Source: a virus (Duplodnaviria > Caudoviricetes). From it: a stretch of DNA of 59,809 bases. The first letter of the stretch is position 1. Every line of letters starts with the position of its first letter. The translations under genes were made by a program, and so were the position numbers. This document shows, in pieces, positions 54,536-59,809 of this stretch. Under the pieces are notes generated by a model. It worked only from the letters and a program-made list of their open reading frames with translations, was not told where the DNA came from and made no database searches. The stretch spans positions 1 to 59,809 of the IMG/VR virus record IMGVR_UViG_3300039307_000389; one strand, 5' to 3'.

Positions 54536-54978
54536 GCTTCCACCTCCCATCGGATCTTGTCTTGCGTCGGATGATGATCGACGCGCGGCCGACTCGGGCA
54601 ATGCCACGAGCGGCCCTTCACCCTTCCCACCTCACGCCAGCCGGAAGCCACGAGAGAAGTGCCCGGTTCGCTGGCCAGCGTATACGTGATGAGCTTGCGG
54701 TACCCCAGGGCCCGGCAGGCACGCCAGCAGGCCGCGTAGAGCGCGGAGCAGGCGTTCTTCGTGCCATCTGTGGCTAGGCGCGTCACCTCGGCCGTGAATC
54801 CGTCCTGATTCAGCCGCGCCACCGGACGCCCCACGATAGCGACACCGCAGACCCGCTCGCCCTCGGCGCACGCCACGGCGAATAGACCGGACAGTGGAGG
54901 AGCATGGTGCCTATGAACCTGGCGCACGTATTCTCGCGCGTCCTGGATCGAGCATGGAACTACGGCGAGAGACTTCAT
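54532..54978 (-). CDS. XF1762-family GNAT-fold (Mom-like) protein
   Basis: HRHH..P...GVAIVGRPVAR...EVTRLATDG..NACSALY...LITYTL...GTSLVASGW. Confidence 0.8.
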   Translation of the reverse strand: MKSLAVVPCSIQDAREYVRQVHRHHAPPLSGLFAVACAEGERVCGVAIVGRPVARLNQDGFTAEVTRLATDGTKNACSALYAACWRACRALGYRKLITYTLASEPGTSLVASGWREVGRVKGRSWHCPSRPRVDHHPTQDKIRWEVEA

Positions 54979-55193
54979 AGCGGATACTCCCAGTAGCCGT
55001 TGAAATCAAGCCTCCCGTATCCGCTCGTGATCTCCCCGCCTATCCCCGTGGAATACCAGGGACACGCTCCAGCCGCTTTCATAAAACAAGCGAGTTCATG
55101 TCGGACGGCTTCGGGAATCGGATTATCCGGTTCCGGAGCGAACAACTCCCGCTCTATTTCGTCAATCGGATCAGCGAACCAACCCGGAATCAC
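54975..55193 (-). CDS. Hypothetical protein
   Basis: Overlap-coupled on both sides. Confidence 0.55.
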   Translation of the reverse strand: MIPGWFADPIDEIERELFAPEPDNPIPEAVRHELACFMKAAGACPWYSTGIGGEITSGYGRLDFNGYWEYPL

Positions 55194-56758
55194 GCCGCCA
55201 TCCTTTCCAGCGCGAGCTTGTAATACCGCTCCTGTTCTTCGGCGTCCGCCTCGAAGTTGCCTTTCTTTCGGAGAACGTTCTCCAAGATCACGCCCTCCAA
55301 CTGCGGAATGAACGGCAGATGGACCCGTACGGACTTCAGTTGCCCGTAGCGGATCGCGCGTTTCACGGCCTGGTAGAAGCGCTCGTAACTGTCATCCCAG
55401 CCCGAGAAGATCATGGAGCCACAGCACTGGAAGTTCATCCCGAATCCGAGCATGGACGCCTTGGATATCAGGCCGTCCAACTCGCCCTTTCGGAACGCCT
55501 CCAGGATCGGCAGGCGCGCCTTCTCTTTGACTGAGCCATCCAGGACGCGCACGTTCAGTCCGGCCAACCGTTCGGCGATCAGCCGCCCCTCTTCGTCAAA
55601 CACGGTCCACACCAGGACCTGGCGGCCGTCGGCGATCTCGCTCCGAATCAGGTCCGCGATGAAACCCGGCTTCGGCGAGGGGAACCGCTGCGCCGTCTTG
55701 CCCGTGTAAATGAACCCCTTGGCGATCTGGGATAGCTTCGTGCGCTGTGTGATCCCGAGCGACTGATCCCCGAGCAGGCCTGCGCCGGACTCATGGAATA
55801 TCCCCGCGGCCATGGCCATCTGTTCGTCGGTCGGTTCGAGGCTGTGTTCCAGGAACTCAGGCGGCGGAATCTTGCTGAGGTTGTCCTCCCAGCCGTAATG
55901 CGCGGGGCTTCGCAGGTAGATCGACCAGCTCGCCATGAAGCGGTAGAATCCCTCGCGGGCGTGCGGCTTGATCTTCCAGTTCCCCTTTTTGTCGCGCGTG
56001 AAGAAGGTCCACAGGATCTCTCCCTCCGTGCGTAGCTTTTCCAGGAACGCCGCCTGGCTCGCGTACTCCATGATGTCGTTGGGCGCCGGAGTCGCAGTAC
56101 AGGAGAGCTTGTATTCGATCCCCTTCGAGGATTTGATGAGGTTCCATTTGATGGTTCCCCCACCGGACTTCAGGATGCTCGACTCGTCGCAGATCAGCCC
56201 CGCCAGGTAGCGCAACTCCGGCAGTAGCCCGTCGATCATCTTTTCGTAGTTCGTGATGGCAAGGCCCGGGCCCGGCCGCTTGAGCCACTCCACGAGCGCG
56301 GCGCGCGTCTCGATTCGCTCGATGGGCAGGCTCCCGCCGTAGAACCGCTCCGATTCATCGCGCGTCTGTTCGATCACCTGGAGCGGAGATAGAATCAGCA
56401 CACGGCCGCCCGTGGCCGCCATGACGTGGCGCGCCCATTCGAGGAACATCAGCGTCTTCCCGAGGCCGCAGTCCGCATAGATGGCGTACCGCTTGGCTTC
56501 GAGTGCCGTGCGCACGATGAACCGCTGGTAGTCCCACAGAAATCCGGAGATCTCCAGTGCTTCGCGCACGGCCGCCGATATATTGGCTCCGAGCATCGGG
56601 GCGAACCGCGCCGGCGTGGTGAGCTTGTAGGCGTCCCGTTCCCAGTCGTACGATAGTTGGCTCTCGGGGAGTTTCTTGCACTTCAGAAAGAGCCCGTAAG
56701 CCTCCAGGTCGAACCGCGAGAACTCCACCTCTGCCAGTGGGCCGTTGACCGATACCAT
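55190..56758 (-). CDS. SNF2-like superfamily 2 helicase
   Basis: DCGLGKT, CDESS, TATPAPND, FGMNFQ, QAVKRAIRYGQ. Confidence 0.9.
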   Translation of the reverse strand: MVSVNGPLAEVEFSRFDLEAYGLFLKCKKLPESQLSYDWERDAYKLTTPARFAPMLGANISAAVREALEISGFLWDYQRFIVRTALEAKRYAIYADCGLGKTLMFLEWARHVMAATGGRVLILSPLQVIEQTRDESERFYGGSLPIERIETRAALVEWLKRPGPGLAITNYEKMIDGLLPELRYLAGLICDESSILKSGGGTIKWNLIKSSKGIEYKLSCTATPAPNDIMEYASQAAFLEKLRTEGEILWTFFTRDKKGNWKIKPHAREGFYRFMASWSIYLRSPAHYGWEDNLSKIPPPEFLEHSLEPTDEQMAMAAGIFHESGAGLLGDQSLGITQRTKLSQIAKGFIYTGKTAQRFPSPKPGFIADLIRSEIADGRQVLVWTVFDEEGRLIAERLAGLNVRVLDGSVKEKARLPILEAFRKGELDGLISKASMLGFGMNFQCCGSMIFSGWDDSYERFYQAVKRAIRYGQLKSVRVHLPFIPQLEGVILENVLRKKGNFEADAEEQERYYKLALERMAA

Positions 56759-56762
56759 CCCG

Positions 56763-57107
56763 CTACGCCTCCGCCAGAAGCGAATCAGGGCATTCCCAGA
56801 CTTCCATCTCGACCATCTTCCGGACCTTCCGGCAAACCATCGACTTGCTGATGGCCACGTCGAGCTTGAGTCCCCCGAACGTACGAATGGCGTAATGCTC
56901 CTTCATGATCGATTTGTCGTCGTCGGTTCGCTTCTCGACCTTCCCGCCGCGGGCAAGCACCCGGACGGCGGAGACAAACTGATCCTTGCTGAAGGAGTTC
57001 ACTACCATCGACGTGTACGACGGCATGGGCATCTCGGGGTTTGCGGCGTAGAAATCCGCCAACTCCCGCAGGCCTTGAACGAATTGCTCGTTTGTGATTT
57101 CCTGCAT
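56763..57107 (-). CDS. Hypothetical protein
   Basis: MQEITNE...; TAATG overlap. Confidence 0.65.
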   Translation of the reverse strand: MQEITNEQFVQGLRELADFYAANPEMPMPSYTSMVVNSFSKDQFVSAVRVLARGGKVEKRTDDDKSIMKEHYAIRTFGGLKLDVAISKSMVCRKVRKMVEMEVWECPDSLLAEA

Positions 57108-57493
57108 TAGCAGCGCTCCCCTTTGGTTTCCACCGCAGTCGGCGAGAATGCCTTGCCGCACTGAACGCAGAATCCATCCTTCTGCTCGGTTGGCTGTAGG
57201 CAGTAGCAGAATCCGTTCAGTAGCGGCGGCTCCGGCGTGCGCTCCTGTTTGATGGCCGCGCGAAGGGTCGGATAAGGAACTACGGATTCCACGGCAGTGA
57301 CCCATTCGCCGTCGTACTGGCGTGTCTCCCGATACCAGACCTTGCCTCGCCTGTAAATGCGGTGCTTTTCGTCGGGACTCAGGTAGACGCCATCCGCCCG
57401 GCGAACCCATCCGGCCATGGAATAGACGTGCGACGGTCGCTCCGCTCCCCCGCGCATCCAATCCAGTAATCTCTTGAACCATCCACGTTTCAT
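57107..57493 (-). CDS. Hypothetical protein with a C-terminal Zn ribbon
   Basis: MKRGWF...FCYC...FCVQCG; GAGG RBS. Confidence 0.6.
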   Translation of the reverse strand: MKRGWFKRLLDWMRGGAERPSHVYSMAGWVRRADGVYLSPDEKHRIYRRGKVWYRETRQYDGEWVTAVESVVPYPTLRAAIKQERTPEPPLLNGFCYCLQPTEQKDGFCVQCGKAFSPTAVETKGERC

Positions 57494-57676
57494 CGTCTTG
57501 ACCTCAATTGCGGAGCCGGGTTCGCCGGCCCCGCGATGTGTGTGTGTCGTTTTCAGCGGGCTTTCACCGTCAACCACCGGAGGCTCGCTACACCTGTCCC
57601 GGATTCTCGGCAGGCTCCCGACCTGCTTGCTGCCGGTGTTTCTCCCCGCGCATAATGGCCTCCCTGTTCAGGTTTC

Positions 57677-59809
57677 TCAAGCTGCCACTCTCGCCTTCAC
57701 CCCTCCACCGAACTGCGCGCGTACCAGCGCTTCGGCCGGCGGCGGAGACACGGAGTTCCCGCACATGCGAACCTGCGCTGTCTTCGTGAGCTTCACTTCG
57801 GCGCCGGTCTGCGGATCGCGCCCGGTTTCGATGATGTATTCGTCGGGGAATCCCTGCGCGCGGAACAACTCGCGAGGGCACAGCATCCGCATCCCGATGT
57901 CTACGATTTGGTAGTCGATTCCGTGGACCGTCACGATGCCCAGGCGGTGCTTTGTTGTGAGCGTCGGGGCTGGTTCATTGAGGCGCGCGTCTTGATCGGT
58001 GCTGTAGTAGCTCAGAAGGAACGCGCGAACTTCGGCGATGTGCGTACCCCCCGCGCTCACGGTGGCCATCGGTTCATCGACCGGCTGGCCGTCCTGGCAC
58101 GTACCGCGCAACTTTACCAAAGAACTCGCCACCAAGGCAGACTTGCCACCGCCCCCGGCCGTCACAGTTCCGGCAGGTTCTTCCGCCTCGTTCCCCACCG
58201 ACTTGCCGAACTGCCGAGACACGAAAGCCGTCACGAGTGCGTTATGATCGCTCGCGGTCACCGTGGCCATCGGGTCATTGAGATCAGATCCAACCACCCC
58301 GGTATAGTGCTTCGCTAGAAACGCGGAACAAAGCCCGAATCGCGGAGCGCCCGCTATCGCGGTGTCGAGCGGCTCCTCCATCGCATGGCCGATTCCGTTC
58401 TGATTGAACCGCGTGATATGCGCTGCCACCAGCGCGTGCTTCACACTTCCGACCACCGTTCCAAGCGGCTTGTCGAGTCCCGGAACTCGCGGTTCTTGCC
58501 CGTCTCGTTCGCCGTACCCGGTCTGAATGAGCGTCGGTACCGCGAGCGCGAAGCTACCGCCCTTTGGATTCGCGGTTACCGTCCGCATCGGTTCGTCCGG
58601 CGGCTGAACGGTATCGCTCCCGTTGTAGTGCGCGATGGGTGCGATGAAGGGCGTAACAAGCGCCTTCTCGCCGCGGTGCGCTCCGGTGATCGTGCGGAAC
58701 GGTTCTTCCATCCCCTCGCTTCGATCTCCGCCCTGATGCGTGAGGCTCTGCAAGAAGGGAGTCACGAGCGCCGTATCCGCCTTCGCGGTGATCGTGTGAT
58801 AGGGATCTTCCACGGAGCGCTCGGGAGATTGGCCCATGCGCCCGCCCAGCCCGGCGAGAAGTGGTGATACCAGCGCCCTGCCTTCGTACCTGGTAGCCGT
58901 CGTGAGCGACTCGTCAATGCCGTACTCGCGCCGGCCTCCGCTGTCCCCGTGGTTGATCGAGACGATGAACGGCTCCGCCGAATCGAGCACATAGCGCTTC
59001 ACGCCGCGGCCGATGCGCCGCATGGTGGCATCCGCGAGCGGGCGGTTTACTCCGATGGCGCGAGCCTCTTCCTTCGTGAGGAAAATCGAAGGGCAGGGCA
59101 GCGACCAGTCGATGCAATCGGCGGCCGTCCGGTATGGTTCGAGAAACAGGTTCCCCTTGGGGCCGTGCGTTGCTTCCGGCCACGGGATCGTTTTCATGTC
59201 GCGCCTGGCGACGATAAACAGCCGCTTGCGGATTGTCGGCGCGCCGAACTCGCACGCGCGCATTTCGCGCCAATCGACAACGTACCCGAGGCCCTGGAGT
59301 TGCTTCACCCAGCGCTTGAACGTCTGCCCCTTGCGCTTCGGGCACGGCCTGTTGTGAACCAGCGGCCCCCACGTCTGGAACTCCTCGACGTTCTCCAGCA
59401 TGATGACGCGCGGCTTCACGATGCCCGCCCATTTCAGCGCTACCCAGGCGAGGCCCCGGATTTTCTTTTCGACGGGCTTCCCACCTTTGGCCTTCGAGAA
59501 GTGCTTGCAGTCCGGAGAGAACCAGGCGAGCCCAACCTTCCGGCCGGCGACTACCTGCGCGATATCCACTTCCCAGACGTTCTCGCAGAGGTGGAGCGTA
59601 CCCGGATGGTTGACGGCGTGCATCGCCAACGCTTCGGGATCGTGGTTGATCGCGATATCGACGGGCCGCCCCAACGCCAGCTCTATCCCGGTACTTGCCC
59701 CACCGCCGCCGGCGAAGTTGTCAACGATCAGTTCGTCGGCTTCGATGCCGGGTATCGCTGCCCTAAAGGGTGTAGGCACACCTCGGGCTTCGTGGTTTTC
59801 GGTGTTCAT
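57677..59809 (-). CDS. C5-cytosine DNA methyltransferase with an internal repeat region
   Basis: FAGGGG, SPDCKHFS, LENVEEF, RKRLF, RAQGFP, CGNSV; repeated EPxxTVT units. Confidence 0.95.
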   Translation of the reverse strand: MNTENHEARGVPTPFRAAIPGIEADELIVDNFAGGGGASTGIELALGRPVDIAINHDPEALAMHAVNHPGTLHLCENVWEVDIAQVVAGRKVGLAWFSPDCKHFSKAKGGKPVEKKIRGLAWVALKWAGIVKPRVIMLENVEEFQTWGPLVHNRPCPKRKGQTFKRWVKQLQGLGYVVDWREMRACEFGAPTIRKRLFIVARRDMKTIPWPEATHGPKGNLFLEPYRTAADCIDWSLPCPSIFLTKEEARAIGVNRPLADATMRRIGRGVKRYVLDSAEPFIVSINHGDSGGRREYGIDESLTTATRYEGRALVSPLLAGLGGRMGQSPERSVEDPYHTITAKADTALVTPFLQSLTHQGGDRSEGMEEPFRTITGAHRGEKALVTPFIAPIAHYNGSDTVQPPDEPMRTVTANPKGGSFALAVPTLIQTGYGERDGQEPRVPGLDKPLGTVVGSVKHALVAAHITRFNQNGIGHAMEEPLDTAIAGAPRFGLCSAFLAKHYTGVVGSDLNDPMATVTASDHNALVTAFVSRQFGKSVGNEAEEPAGTVTAGGGGKSALVASSLVKLRGTCQDGQPVDEPMATVSAGGTHIAEVRAFLLSYYSTDQDARLNEPAPTLTTKHRLGIVTVHGIDYQIVDIGMRMLCPRELFRAQGFPDEYIIETGRDPQTGAEVKLTKTAQVRMCGNSVSPPPAEALVRAQFGGGVKARVAA

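Noticed and set aside
57900-58960. Repeats within the C5 methyltransferase read as an intein or mobile insertion
   Set aside because: No intein terminal motifs or endonuclease signature; degenerate EPxxTVT repeats are a common feature of this phage MTase type.
1-59809. CRISPR array, Cas genes, IS transposase, rRNA or canonical tRNA genes
   Set aside because: No regularly spaced repeats or matching motifs seen by eye; very short or degenerate arrays could have been missed.

Overview
The window is an apparently near-complete, ~60 kb temperate tailed phage or prophage with a long non-contractile tail. It runs exactly from the integrase stop codon to the start codon of a cytosine methyltransferase, so no att sites or host flanks are visible. 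Most genes are on the minus strand. Modules: integration (tyrosine integrase, excisionase); replication and recombination (DnaB, DUF1376-type initiator, beta clamp, ERF, PD-(D/E)XK nuclease); a divergent immunity region; lysis; lambda-like packaging and head genes; tail genes with a -1 frameshifted chaperone; and many DNA-modification and nucleotide-metabolism genes. An Acidobacteria (Bryobacterales/Solibacter-like) host is my inference from recalled similarity, not a search result. The main finding is a circularly permuted, two-piece tmRNA gene at about 13.79-14.22 kb: the T-arm/CCA half lies upstream of the GGGGG half, the G3:U70 pair is intact, and the tag is ANSYENALPLAA. Other candidates: a ~0.9 kb hairpin-dense region with a tRNA-like cloverleaf (51.35-52.22 kb); a ParB-PAPS-reductase fusion converging on a TudS/DUF523 gene; two paralogous small Cys-motif proteins 43 kb apart whose loci share a repeated DNA motif; a phage clamp, clamp-loader-like ATPase and clamp-binding-motif peptides; and a cassette of four signal-peptide proteins. 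All family calls are by motif recognition only; no database searches were run.
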